From Clostridiaceae bacterium (GTDB lineage Bacteria > Bacillota > Clostridia > Saccharofermentanales > DTU023), in NCBI GenBank assembly GCA_012841015.1, contig DUVN01000023.1:60436-124435 (forward strand): a stretch of DNA of 64,000 nt. Direction: 5' to 3'. How positions within the stretch are numbered: the stretch's first letter is position 1; every line of letters starts with the position of its first letter. Shown piece after piece: positions 10,320-20,800 of the stretch. A model generated the notes under the pieces. It saw nothing but the letters and a program-made list of their open reading frames with translations. It did no database searches and was not told the DNA's origin. The position numbers and the translations under genes are program-made.

Positions 10320-10620
10320 GTCAACATACAAGGTATGCAACTAGACGAAGCTAAGATCGAGAGCCAAGCTCGCTTTGACGGATATTATGCCACGTTGACC
10401 AATGATAAAGAGTGCACGACCGCAGAGGCCTGTGCGATGTTAGGGCAAATCGAAGAAAGTTTATGTGTGCTTAAGATTGATTTGAGAGGCAGACCTGTTA
10501 AAGAACATTAAACTTCTGTAAAATGCTTAATATCGGCATTACAGGTGTTTTATGCAAACACAAGTCATATACTCAGGAAGAATTACATGATCAGAATAAC
10601 AAGACACAACTGCTGACACT
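10320..10620 (+). pseudogene. IS4/IS1634-like DDE transposase C-terminal remnant
   Basis: Positions 10344-10511 translate to DEAKIESQARFDGYYATLTNDKECTTAEACAMLGQIEESLCVLKIDLRGRPV, resembling the conserved (K/R)FDGYYA...W.IEE.F...K.DL..RPV block. There is no intact ORF of 60 aa or more between 9855 and 11044. Confidence 0.5.
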
Positions 10621-11023
10621 TACCGAAAAGCAAAAGGAGATCTAAGCGCTAAAAGTTAAACTGGGCTAAAAGCATCGCTTCGTAGTCATTGGAAGCAACC
10701 GTATACTCTAAAACTACGGGAAAATAGGTTCAAAGGTTTTTAGGGATCAGCGTCCTAATGACGTAAACAAGGTGGCTCAAAAAGAGATGTGCTGTTTATT
10801 CGGATAGACTTCACATAATACTGAGAATTATGATCGAATCATATCCCCAAACAAACTCTAGACAGCACCTAATCGGTTGCACATGGGATACAATATACGC
10901 CTGTCACTTATTCAAAACCATCTGTGAGCCATGAATCATGATAAATGTCAAGCCTATTATCTTCAAAAAAGCAAAACCGTCCCTCCGTGGTCACGGACGG
11001 CCTTGCAGGTTTCCAGGCTTTAA

Positions 11024-11069
11024 CTGTCAGCCATCTCTTGATCTGTGGTAGAAAAGAGACGGCTGACAG
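11024..11069 (-). terminator. Long hairpin immediately 3' of the lipoprotein gene
   Basis: CTGTCAGCC-A-TCTCTT ... AAGAGA-C-GGCTGACAG pairs over about 15 bp. The downstream U-tract is weak. Confidence 0.4.
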
Positions 11070-11076
11070 TATGTAA

Positions 11077-11691
11077 TCATTTATATTCGTTCAGATCATT
11101 AATTTCCAAGGAATACACTTCATCATCACCATATAAAGACAGCTCAAGCAACAAAGGGGCATTCATATCATCGATTGAGACAGCGTCTTGTACTCCTATG
11201 ATTTGTTCGCCAGGCTTGACTGACGTAAGTATTTTTGTGAGGTCAACTTGCAAAGATAGCACAAACTCCTCAGTCTCAACGCCGTTTTGAAATGCTTTAA
11301 AGCGAACAGTGAATATAGGCCTTGTCTCATCTTTGTCTTTGCCCTCTGTGTTGGTAAAGTCGTATGTTATCCTAAGTGCATCCTTCTCTACCAAAGTGCT
11401 AACGACTTTCAGCTCCGTGATCACAACCTCGAAGCGACCAATTTGTATTGGTTTGCCGATGACAATCGTATGGTCGTCCACTTCTGAACTAGGTTTCTCG
11501 GTCGGCACTTCAGTTGGTTTCTCTGTAGGATCTCCCACTGGTTCTGTCTTTGGTTCTAGTTTTGAATCTTCCGCTTCTCGGCTTGATTCCGACGGCCTAG
11601 GATCGTTGAGATCACCTGGTTTGTTGCAAGCAACTAAAGAAAAAACTATGATCGCAATCAGCAAAAAAACGAAAACTTTGTTACTTTTCAT
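11077..11691 (-). CDS. Lipoprotein with Pro/Glu-rich linker and beta-sandwich (DUF4352/DUF5067-like) domain
   Basis: Signal peptide with lipobox LVAC (MKSNKVFVFLLIAIIVFSLVAC). The domain call is tentative. Confidence 0.7.
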   Translation of the reverse strand: MKSNKVFVFLLIAIIVFSLVACNKPGDLNDPRPSESSREAEDSKLEPKTEPVGDPTEKPTEVPTEKPSSEVDDHTIVIGKPIQIGRFEVVITELKVVSTLVEKDALRITYDFTNTEGKDKDETRPIFTVRFKAFQNGVETEEFVLSLQVDLTKILTSVKPGEQIIGVQDAVSIDDMNAPLLLELSLYGDDEVYSLEINDLNEYK

Positions 11692-11847
11692 TTTTAATCC
11701 TCCGGCTGCATCTAGCCTACTTGTATTTCTTAATGGTAATTCTATCAGTTATCACCATTGATGCGGTGAGCTGGTTAAAATGGAAGTCTCTGCCGCCGAA
11801 GTTCATTCTCGCTCTAAAAAGTCCGGGTGGGAATCAATTGGCGGCAT

Positions 11848-12933
11848 TCATGCGGTCGGGTAGCGTTCTATCGCTTCTTTGAGGAACGCGTCGCCCTCGA
11901 AATAGTTGATACGCATGGCGGCGCGGACGCGCCTGACGGTCTGATCTGCTTTACGGCTTGCGATCTTCGTCGATTCTTCGAGATAGCTGATGACTTCGGG
12001 GAGGCGAGATTCCCAGTAGCGGCGGCGCTCGCGGATTGGCGTAAGCATGTCTTCCAGCACATTTATAAGGAACCGCTTGACCTTGACATCACCTAGACCG
12101 CCGCGGCGGTAATGCGCTTTCATAGCGTCGAGATTCTCGTATTCGGGCAGGAAGCGCGCGAAATGTTCAGTCTTCGAGAAAGCGTCTAGGTAGGTGAAAA
12201 CAGGGTTCCCTTCGACGGTGCCCGGATCTTCCACGCGCAAGTGATTTGGATCGGTGAACATCGACATGACCTTTTTTCGCACTTCTTCCGGCAGATCAGT
12301 CAGGTAGATGCAGTTACCGAGAGATTTGCTCATTTTGGCGGAGCCGTCAAGCCCTGGAAGGCGCATGCCGGCTTCCGTTTCCGGCAACAAAGCTTTTGGC
12401 ATAACGAGCGTCTCGCCGTAGACGGCATTGAACTTGTGTACGATCTCGACACACTGCTCAAGCATGGGGAGCTGATCCTCGCCGACCGGCACGACGGTCG
12501 CGTCAAAAGCCGTGATGTCGGCTGCTTGGCTGATCGGGTAATTGAAAAAGCCGACGGGGATACTTGACTCAAAGCCTCTCATTTTGATTTCCGTCTTGAC
12601 GGTCGGGTTGCGCTGAAGGCGAGCGACTGTGACGAGGTTTGTGTAGTAAAAGCAGAGCTCAGTGAGAGCAGGGACACCCGATTGGATAAAAAGTGCTGTC
12701 TTTTCAGGGTCAAGTCCAGCAGAGAGGTTGTCGAGCGCGACTTCAAGGACATTTTCCCGTATCTTTTCAGGATTCTCTGCATTGTCGGTCAGTGCTTGGG
12801 CATCGGCGATCATGATGTAAATCTCATCGAAAGTGCCTGAATTTTGGAGTTCAACACGCCTGCGCAACGATCCGACGTAGTGGCCGAGATGGAGTCGCCC
12901 TGTTGGACGATCTCCGGTAAGAATAATATTCAT
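11848..12933 (-). CDS. trpS: Tryptophan--tRNA ligase
   Basis: TGRLHLGHY (HIGH-type) and KMSKSLGN motifs, with full-length class-I TrpRS-like sequence. Confidence 0.95.
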   Translation of the reverse strand: MNIILTGDRPTGRLHLGHYVGSLRRRVELQNSGTFDEIYIMIADAQALTDNAENPEKIRENVLEVALDNLSAGLDPEKTALFIQSGVPALTELCFYYTNLVTVARLQRNPTVKTEIKMRGFESSIPVGFFNYPISQAADITAFDATVVPVGEDQLPMLEQCVEIVHKFNAVYGETLVMPKALLPETEAGMRLPGLDGSAKMSKSLGNCIYLTDLPEEVRKKVMSMFTDPNHLRVEDPGTVEGNPVFTYLDAFSKTEHFARFLPEYENLDAMKAHYRRGGLGDVKVKRFLINVLEDMLTPIRERRRYWESRLPEVISYLEESTKIASRKADQTVRRVRAAMRINYFEGDAFLKEAIERYPTA

Positions 12934-13310
12934 AAGCGTTTACAAGAATCCTTCCTGTTTGATTTAAATGACTGTTAGCGGCAATTGAGTACCAGCGATG
13001 CTTTATCTCACAGATTAACACATTTGTCTGATATGTAGATGCAAGAGTTGGCAATCATGCGATTTCGGACTCAACCTGATCAGCTCGTCCGATGACGGTT
13101 AGCTAAGATCTATGAACACTTGCGTTGTAAGCGTAACAACGTCCTTTTGTTCGATACCACGTCACAAGAATCAATAATCGTGTGATTTCGGACTCAACCT
13201 GATCAACTCACCCGATGTCGGCTCGTAAGAGTCTACGGTTATACGTTTTGAAGTGCTTATTTTAATTGTTCGTCCGATGTTGCATCGCAAGACCCTATAA
13301 AACAGAACAT
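12934..13310 (-). promoter_or_regulatory. Candidate T-box-type leader with a duplicated Stem-I-like module
   Basis: In gene sense, the module CATCGG(A/G)(C/T)GAG(C/T)TGATCAGGTTGAGTCCGAAATC occurs twice (forward coordinates about 13055-13100 and 13178-13222). It resembles the GAGCUGAUGGUUGGUGCAAAUC distal Stem-I region of B. subtilis tyrS. GCGATG lies near the 5' end, and GUGGUAUCG / GCUGGUACUC elements resemble the T-box core. No clean terminator was found. Confidence 0.35.
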
Positions 13311-13374
13311 TGCGGACTAAGCGTGACCAAATCGGACACGATCATTATGTTGCAAAAGTCTGTGACCTCGCGCT

Positions 13375-14145
13375 TCACGAACTCGGCTTTACTGATTCGT
13401 TACGAATCTTTAGAGCTTGCGCCGGGTCATCCGTTATCAGGGTGTCAATGCCCTGCCGGATCGCATATCGCATAACGCGAGGTGAATTCACTGTCCACAA
13501 GCGGACAGCGATGTTGTGACGCCTACACCGTGAGACAAATCCAGGCACAAACATATTGAGGAAATGCGGATGAAGTCCATCAAGCCCATACTCCAAAGCT
13601 GCGCTCAATGCGCGGTTAGGCCATCTCTTGAAAAGAAATGCACAAGAGAGATCAGGCGCAAGCCGTTTCATCTCGACGACGCTATCAAAATTAAACGAAG
13701 AGACGATAACGCGATCGCGGAGTCTATATTGGTCAATTGCGTAAAGGATTTCCGACTCAATAAGCGGATAAGGAAAGACGCTGTTTTTGATCTCAATATT
13801 GACTGTAAGCGACGTCCAAGCAAACCAGCTTAAGAATTCCTCTAACGAGGGGAATCTCACCTCCGGCGATCCCGGGAACGAGTATCCCGCATTCAGCTCA
13901 GATAGCTGGCGCCAAGTCATATCCTTTATGTTGATATCTATACCTGCCAGACGCCCCAAGTTTTCATCGTGGCAGATGACAAGCTTACCGTCCACAGTTC
14001 TCTGAAGATCAAGCTCAATTCCGTCCGCTCCAAGATCACATGCTGCGCGGAAAGCCGGCATCGTGTTTTCGGGGAATTGCAGTCGTGCGCCGCGATGCGC
14101 GAAGATGGTAGGTTTTATTGTTGGTTCTGTCCTACATGTCCTCAA
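13375..14145 (-). CDS. Glycerophosphodiester phosphodiesterase
   Basis: IFAHRGA..ENT, GADGIELD and ICHDENL are GDPD motifs. Confidence 0.9.
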   Translation of the reverse strand: MRTCRTEPTIKPTIFAHRGARLQFPENTMPAFRAACDLGADGIELDLQRTVDGKLVICHDENLGRLAGIDINIKDMTWRQLSELNAGYSFPGSPEVRFPSLEEFLSWFAWTSLTVNIEIKNSVFPYPLIESEILYAIDQYRLRDRVIVSSFNFDSVVEMKRLAPDLSCAFLFKRWPNRALSAALEYGLDGLHPHFLNMFVPGFVSRCRRHNIAVRLWTVNSPRVMRYAIRQGIDTLITDDPAQALKIRNESVKPSS

Positions 14146-14246
14146 GCGTTGACAACCCTTCTTTTTTAGTATCGCTCATATCCGCAACTCTACACTTTCA
14201 TAAGATTGGATCACTCTTTCTTATCAGTGTTGATCGCATCTGTGCG

Positions 14247-15641
14247 CTACATGTTTTCAAGTGCAGACAATCCTTCCTGATCGGGCTCTTTCTCGTCCGC
14301 AACTTCTCCGTGCTTGACGAACGATGTGCAAAGGAGAGCAAGGCCAAAACAGATGACCGCGTAGATGAATAACGTATTGTAGTTGTCGGTTATGTCACGT
14401 ATCCACCCAAAGAGAATAGGGCTGATGATCGACGCGGAAAACGAGAAGAAATAGTAGTAGCCCGTGAAGCGTCCGATCTTATCATGCGATGCGAGCTCAA
14501 CGACCATAGGGAGCGAATTGATGTTGACGCACGCCCAGCCGATGCCTGCACACGCCAGGAGTGCAATGACGACGATCTGTTTGATCATGACCGATGACAC
14601 ACTCAAGACATCGACACCGAACGCCGTCAGGATAGGATTGATGAAGACCATCGGCATAAGGAAGAGCAAGAGTAACACGAGCCCTGTGACGATCGTCTTC
14701 TTGCGCCCGCGCTTGCTTGCGATCACGCCTGCGGGGAGTGCAAAGGCGACAAACGTCAAAGAGAACGAGGTCAGCATCATCGTTGCCGTTCCTTCACCAA
14801 CGTGTAGCATATTCGTCGCAAAGAGTGTAAAAAAAGTCTCGATGGCGTTGTACGCGCAGAACCAGAAAAAGATTGCCCCCAAAAGCAGGAAAAGACTGCG
14901 TCGTTCAGCGGCTGTCAGTTTACGATCGACACCGCCCATGTCTTTAATTTCCTTAGCATCTTCTTGATCTTTTAAGTAGGTTGCAGCAAACTCCTTTGAC
15001 GTAAGGCGCCTTGTCAGAGATTCGCGCTGGGCACGCCGCCACATGTCAGCGACAGGTTCGCGGACGAACAAAAGCAAACAGACGAGAGCGGCAACCATGA
15101 CAACAGAGCCCATGCCAAAAGGGAGTCTACTCGTTTCGTCTCTTTTTGCAAGGTAACCACCAACGAGAAAGGCGATGATGCTGCCGATTCCGCCCATCAA
15201 GTTGATGAGACCGTTCGCCTTGCTGCGTAAGAGGCGCGGTGTGACGTCAGGCATGAGCGCGATGACGGGCGAGCGCCAGAACGACATAATTAAATTGAAA
15301 CAGATGATGAATCCCATCATGAGCCAAAGTGTTTTAGCCCACGGAATCAAAAAGAAAAAGAGAGCTGAGAGCGGGATACCGACGATAATCCATGGCATCC
15401 GTCGCCCATACCGTGTGAACGTTCTGTCACTCAATGTTCCGACCACCGGTTGAAAAATGATGCCGAATACATTATCGATTGTCATGATAGCGCCGATGAT
15501 TGTCGTGGAGAGCAGGAAGCGCTTCTCAAGAAGGATGGGCACTAAACTGTTATACAGGCTCCAAGCCAAAGAGCTTGCTAAAAAGCCAAAGCCCAATAGT
15601 AGCGTTTTCTTATAATCAAGTTTTCTAGCTGATTTTGACAT
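14247..15641 (-). CDS. MFS transporter (GPH/SLC45-like, 12 TM)
   Basis: Hydrophobic 12-TM profile with a central charged loop. GGAGG lies 5 nt upstream of ATG 15641 (MSKSARK); the track start at 15653 is a GTG inside the SD. Confidence 0.85.
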   Translation of the reverse strand: MSKSARKLDYKKTLLLGFGFLASSLAWSLYNSLVPILLEKRFLLSTTIIGAIMTIDNVFGIIFQPVVGTLSDRTFTRYGRRMPWIIVGIPLSALFFFLIPWAKTLWLMMGFIICFNLIMSFWRSPVIALMPDVTPRLLRSKANGLINLMGGIGSIIAFLVGGYLAKRDETSRLPFGMGSVVMVAALVCLLLFVREPVADMWRRAQRESLTRRLTSKEFAATYLKDQEDAKEIKDMGGVDRKLTAAERRSLFLLLGAIFFWFCAYNAIETFFTLFATNMLHVGEGTATMMLTSFSLTFVAFALPAGVIASKRGRKKTIVTGLVLLLLFLMPMVFINPILTAFGVDVLSVSSVMIKQIVVIALLACAGIGWACVNINSLPMVVELASHDKIGRFTGYYYFFSFSASIISPILFGWIRDITDNYNTLFIYAVICFGLALLCTSFVKHGEVADEKEPDQEGLSALENM

Positions 15642-16065
15642 GTACACCTCCACATATTACGTCTTCAACAATGATCTGCTACAAGACACCGATACGTCCT
15701 TCCGTATCTTCCTTGATTCTGTCGTGAGCAGTCGCATGGCTTCGTTACGGCGCACCTGTTTCCATACAACTCTCAGTGAGCAACCTAAAACTTGATCACT
15801 ACATGGTGGCTCTCTCAACGAATCATCGTCGAGAAGGAAAGTAGGACGCGACCGAAAACGTTGACATCTTGAGCTCATTGTACCAAATGAAATGAGAGGG
15901 CATGACAGCGGCAGGGATTCTTTGCTGTTTCATGTAAGATCTCTGTAAAGAGGTCATTCAAGCCTCATTAACACTGTACTACCGGGGTGCTTCTGCACTC
16001 TAAGTGCTCACAGGGACACATGCAAAGAAGTTGCAGAGCCACGGAACGACTCGGCTTTCATCCAT

Positions 16066-16300
16066 TGATTGCTGATGAATTTGCGAATGATAGGAGCTAA
16101 TAGCTGGACAGATAGCTGATGAATGGACGTCGTCTCTGCGAGATTGCCCTTGTATCGCTTTCAGTCTAAGCAGGTAGTTGATGAAAGGATGTCATTGTTG
16201 CGGGACCGCCCTAGCGTCGTTTGCTGTCTTGGTAGGTAGCTGATGAATGGACGTCGTCGCCGCGAGATCGCAACGATGTGGGTTGTTGTCTAGGAGGGGT
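16066..16300. repeat. Tandem repeat of 62 bp, 3 full units plus 1 partial
   Basis: G(C/T)TGATGAA(T/A)GG starts at 16071 (partial), 16115, 16177 and 16239. The first and third full units are nearly identical. Confidence 0.8.
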
Positions 16301-16316
16301 TCAGTTAGCGGATCAG

Positions 16317-16598
16317 TCAGATAATTTCGACGTTCCATTCCCGAATTTCGCCGTCGCTGTGGTCTTCAATCGTTTTGAGGATGGACTGTTCAAGTTCGCA
16401 CCCGCCAGCTTCCGTCAAGATAACGCCTGCGATACCGAGGCAAAGTGTTTGCTGGGCATCTTGGCAGTCAATTTCCTTGACGGAGATACGATGGCGACGT
16501 GTCAGCCGGTCGATTAAGCTGTACCTGACTTTGCGCTTGTCTTTGAGTGATGTGCTCCACGACAAGTGGATCACAACTTCTATCACAAGTACATGCAT
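16317..16598 (-). CDS. DUF503 (YlxP-like) protein
   Basis: The 93-aa sequence LSWSTSLKDKRKVRYSLIDRL...ISVKEID.QD is characteristic of DUF503. Confidence 0.75.
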   Translation of the reverse strand: MHVLVIEVVIHLSWSTSLKDKRKVRYSLIDRLTRRHRISVKEIDCQDAQQTLCLGIAGVILTEAGGCELEQSILKTIEDHSDGEIREWNVEII

Positions 16599-16694
16599 GG
16601 AATTTTTCTCTCATTCCTCGTCTTGATCTCACGGGCGGCAAAGGTGCGCCGGTCTCCTTTTCCGTCTTGAGCACTGCTGTATGCGAAGCGCTTG

Positions 16695-17540
16695 TTAAAC
16701 GGTCTTCGCAACAGTGTGCGTCTCGAGTTTATATTCCACGGTGACAAGGGAGGCGATCTCACCGGAATCAACGATACGCCCTTCGATAAACAGCCGATTA
16801 TTGTGCTCAACGTCGGGGATAACGTAAAAAATTAGACGCTCAAACAACCTAGCTTCGTTCATAAATTGGACGTGTAGTTTGTGAACGACAAGCTCCTCTA
16901 TTAACGGATCTATAGAAAGATAAGAAGCTGCGGCATCAATGGCAAGCCTCACATAATGTGAGCTGTGTAAATGCGTATTCGTATCGAGGTCACCGAGCTG
17001 TACTTGGTAGCGCATAACTTCACGTTCTTCAGGATTGTCGAGAACAGATTTCAGTCGCGGGATGTTATCCATGTTTCCGACGGCAGAATCGTTCACCTTC
17101 GCCATTTTTTCAAGATCGACGACAGATTTCGGTCGTAACGGTCTATGCTCATCAAGTGTACACAAGATCCATTCAGATGACGCCGCCCCGAAATAGTTGG
17201 ACTCATCGATGGAATTTCGGTAGAAGCGGTTTTCACGGAACAATCGGATACCGTGTGTTCCTCTAGGCCACGTGTCGACAACAAATGTTTCCTCTGCAGT
17301 TGGAAGCTCGCCCGTAAAAGAAAACGTGTTTGAGAGGAGTATCCAGCAGAAACCGCGTGCGCGAAGGTCTTCCGCTTTGCTGTCAAATCGACCACAGCTG
17401 TGGTCGTCACTGTCCTGTGCGAGATCCATCAAACGGTGAAGATGCACATGACAGTGCGGATTGCAGTCCTGAAAAAGAATTCTGTAACGCGCGATCGTGT
17501 GTCCATTGTCTAAGTGAGTTATTTGCTCATGTGATTGCAT
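16695..17540 (-). CDS. Acyl-ACP thioesterase family protein
   Basis: 281 aa with a double hot-dog layout. RYRILFQDCNPHCHVHLHRLMDLAQD ... GFCWILLSN resembles PF01643 members (recognition only). Confidence 0.7.
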   Translation of the reverse strand: MQSHEQITHLDNGHTIARYRILFQDCNPHCHVHLHRLMDLAQDSDDHSCGRFDSKAEDLRARGFCWILLSNTFSFTGELPTAEETFVVDTWPRGTHGIRLFRENRFYRNSIDESNYFGAASSEWILCTLDEHRPLRPKSVVDLEKMAKVNDSAVGNMDNIPRLKSVLDNPEEREVMRYQVQLGDLDTNTHLHSSHYVRLAIDAAASYLSIDPLIEELVVHKLHVQFMNEARLFERLIFYVIPDVEHNNRLFIEGRIVDSGEIASLVTVEYKLETHTVAKTV

Positions 17541-17854
17541 AACTGGCTATTGTCCTTTCGGATATGTGTTTTCGTCTCATATTTGCAAGCGTTGCAGCTT
17601 AAATGCAAAGCCGAACGCGGCTTCAGTCTAGCATCAGAATACGAAGCAATTATGACGAGAAAAAGCTTTTTCGTCACATTAATAGATTGCTCACATTTGA
17701 GTGCGATAATATCATCTATGTAATGAGCTCATCTGAGCTGGCGCTGACCTTACGAGTCGTCAACGGAGACTGACGTATCGTGTAGCTTACTAAATGACAA
17801 AGCTAGGAGAGCGCAAGGGGCTGGAGAGTTCTTCCGTACGAGGAGGTAGAAGAG

Positions 17855-20800
17855 ATGTTTGACATAGAAAAATTTGCGGATGAGTTAAGAAAAAATCCGG
17901 GTTACCGGACTATTTTCAAACAAATGACCCATTATACTGAAGAAGATGCCATTGAAATGTACACCCCAGAAGGTGTTGTGAAGATAACATATCCCGAAAT
18001 GCTCGGAATGGTTGACGAGACGGCGCGACGCGTATCAGCCTTTTTCGAGACGAATGAGATGAAGCGCGTCGTCGAAGCAAAGACGCGAACACTCAATCCA
18101 GATGATCCCGGTAGGCGCGGATGGGTCGGCCTAAAAATACAAAACAGTCCGAATTTTGCATGCCTCTTCTGGGGTGTGATGGCTTCGGGGCATCCCGTTG
18201 TCCTGATCGATTCGCGTGCGTCAGATCCTTTGACCGACATGCTTGCAAAAGAAACAGGCATCGTCGTGCTGATTGCGGATGAAGCTCCCAAACGTGAAAC
18301 ACCTTATCCAATTGTGACGGCTAATCGTTTCGTTCCCGATTGGCGCGATCCTCAAACAGTGCAGACATACGCTAGAAAAGAGGGAGACGTGACGCGCGAA
18401 AGGGCGGAAGATCGTCCCGGCTGGGCAGGTCATATTACCCTTTGCACGAGCGGTACGACTGGACTATCGCGCTGCTACGTGCACGATGATAACGGAATTA
18501 CTGAGCAGTATATGTGTCTGATCCCTTTGTCTCAAGAGACAGACCGTTGGGTACGTACGGGTGTCCGAGAAAAAACGCTCGCTTTCATCCCATGGCATCA
18601 CGTTTTTGGATTTATCGTCTGTTTCATTTTTCCGCAGATCATGGGTAATACGATGGTGATTCCGGCGAAGCCGTCACCAGAGGCTATTGTACAGGCTTGT
18701 CAGGGAAGTGGCGTGACGCAGCTCGTCGCGATACCTGCCGTGTGGAACGGTATCGCACGGATCGTCAAAAAACGTTTCGTCGAAGCGACGGGCAAATCGG
18801 AAGAAGAGTTCGATGCCATGATTGACCTTTCTCTTTCCTACCAGAGGGCAGGTGTTGACTTGCCCCCCATGGTCGCAGGCATTCTTAGCGTGATTCGCAG
18901 TCAATTATTTGGTGACACACTTTATCTCGGTGTCAGCGGCGGGGGATATATTTTGCCTGAGTCGCTCCGCACAATCAATGGTCTCGGATATTATCTCGTC
19001 AATGGTTACGGCATGACAGAGATCGGTATTTTCTCCGTGGTAAACAGTGAGGATGTTGAGATCCGCCTTGACGGGAATGTCGGACGTCCTTTCTATCCCG
19101 GTTCGTTGCAGATTGATCTCTTGGATGGAGTATCAGAAGAAGAGGATACAGACGGACACGGAGAACTGCTCGTTCGCAATGACGTTGTATTTGTCGGCAC
19201 GCTGAAAGGCGGGCGTTTCTTCAAGCGCGATCACAGAGAGTGGTTCCGGACAGGCGATATTGGCCGATACCAGAACGGTTACACTTATTTGGATGGTCGC
19301 GTGAAAGATATTATCCTGAAAGCCGACGGCGAAAACATTTACCCCGATGAGCTGGAGGGATCATATGAAACGATTCCCGGTGTGCAACGCCTTGTTATCT
19401 TTGGCTTGTCTGACGGGCATTATGATGAGATAGCCCTCATGATCGAGCCGGTTTCCGGTGCCGATCCAAGTACGTTCGCAGAAATGGTCGCTGATATCAA
19501 TGCCACGGTACCGATGAGCCAACAAATTCAGCGCTTATTTGTATCGGAAAAGCCCCTTGAGCTCTCCGCTTCGGCAAAAGTACGGAGAGGTCCTGTCGCC
19601 GAGGCTGTTGCAAATGGTGAATGGCCACTGCAGGAATACCCTCTTAATCCTCAGCAAGTTATTGTTGACGAAGAGATGCCGACAGAAATTGAAAAGCAAG
19701 TCTCTACTTATTTCATTCCGGAGCTCGCGGCAGATCCCGCTTTCTTTGAAGTGCGCAAATCAGTGCAGGAAATGGTTGCTGAAGTGCTGACGATCCCTAT
19801 CGAAAAAGTTAAACCGTCGTCATGGTTCGCCCAAGATCTTGGCGGTGATAGCCTGCAGAGCATTTCGTTGCTCACGTATGCGGAAGAAAAATATGCTTTG
19901 ACAATTGATGAGCGACTTTTTAACCGTGACCTGACAGTCAACGATATCGCGGCACTCGTCTACAGAAGAATAGGCGGCGAGTTCGCAGATGAGTCGCGCA
20001 CCATTGATAGCGCATACGGCGAGAGGCCCGTTCAACGTATTAAATCCTTTGAAGAGACTCCGGAGTTTAAAGCTTTTATGGCGCGCCGTGAGTCGCTCGC
20101 ATCAGCCATCGAAGCATTCGGGAATCCGTATTTTGTCGCACAAGACTCTTCGCTTCGTGATGTTTCTTACATTGGCGACAGGAAAATGATCAATTTCGCC
20201 TCTTACAATTACGTTGGCATGTCAGGCGATCCAGAAGTGAATGAGGCTGCAATTGAGGCCGTAAAACAGTACGGGACTTCTGCCAGTGGAAGCCGTCTGT
20301 TGGCAGGTGAGAAAACGATCCATCAGAAATTAGAGAAAAAGCTCGCAAACTGGAAGGGAACAGAGGACGCCATCGCGCTTGTAGGTGGACACTCTACGAA
20401 CGTCACCTTCATAGGCAACTTCTGTTCGGAGCAAGACCTTATCTTATACGATGTCCTGATTCATAATTCGATTACAGAGGGTATCCGTATGTCGCTTGCT
20501 GATGCGAGACCGTTCCCGCACAACGACGTCCGTTCCCTCGAAAACATTCTCGAGAGCCGTCGTGATCGCTACGAGAAAGTTTTGATCGTTATTGAAGGTG
20601 CATACAGTATGGACGGTGATGTCGCTCCTATTCCCGAGTTCGTCCGAATTAAGAAACAATATGATTGCTTTCTGATGGTCGACGAGGCACATTCGATGTT
20701 AGTCCTCGGTAAGACAGGACGCGGAGTAGATGAGCATTTCGGCATTGATCCGAAAGAGATTGATATCCACATGGGCACGCTGTCGAAAGGGTTCGGAACG

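Noticed and set aside
15654-15876. A T-box or purine-riboswitch-like leader of the MFS transporter (GATGA..AGAGAG..AGTGA; GUAUGG..CCGUAA)
   Set aside because: Neither the T-box core with an antiterminator nor a closing P1 helix for a purine aptamer can be drawn. It is left as an unclassified long leader.
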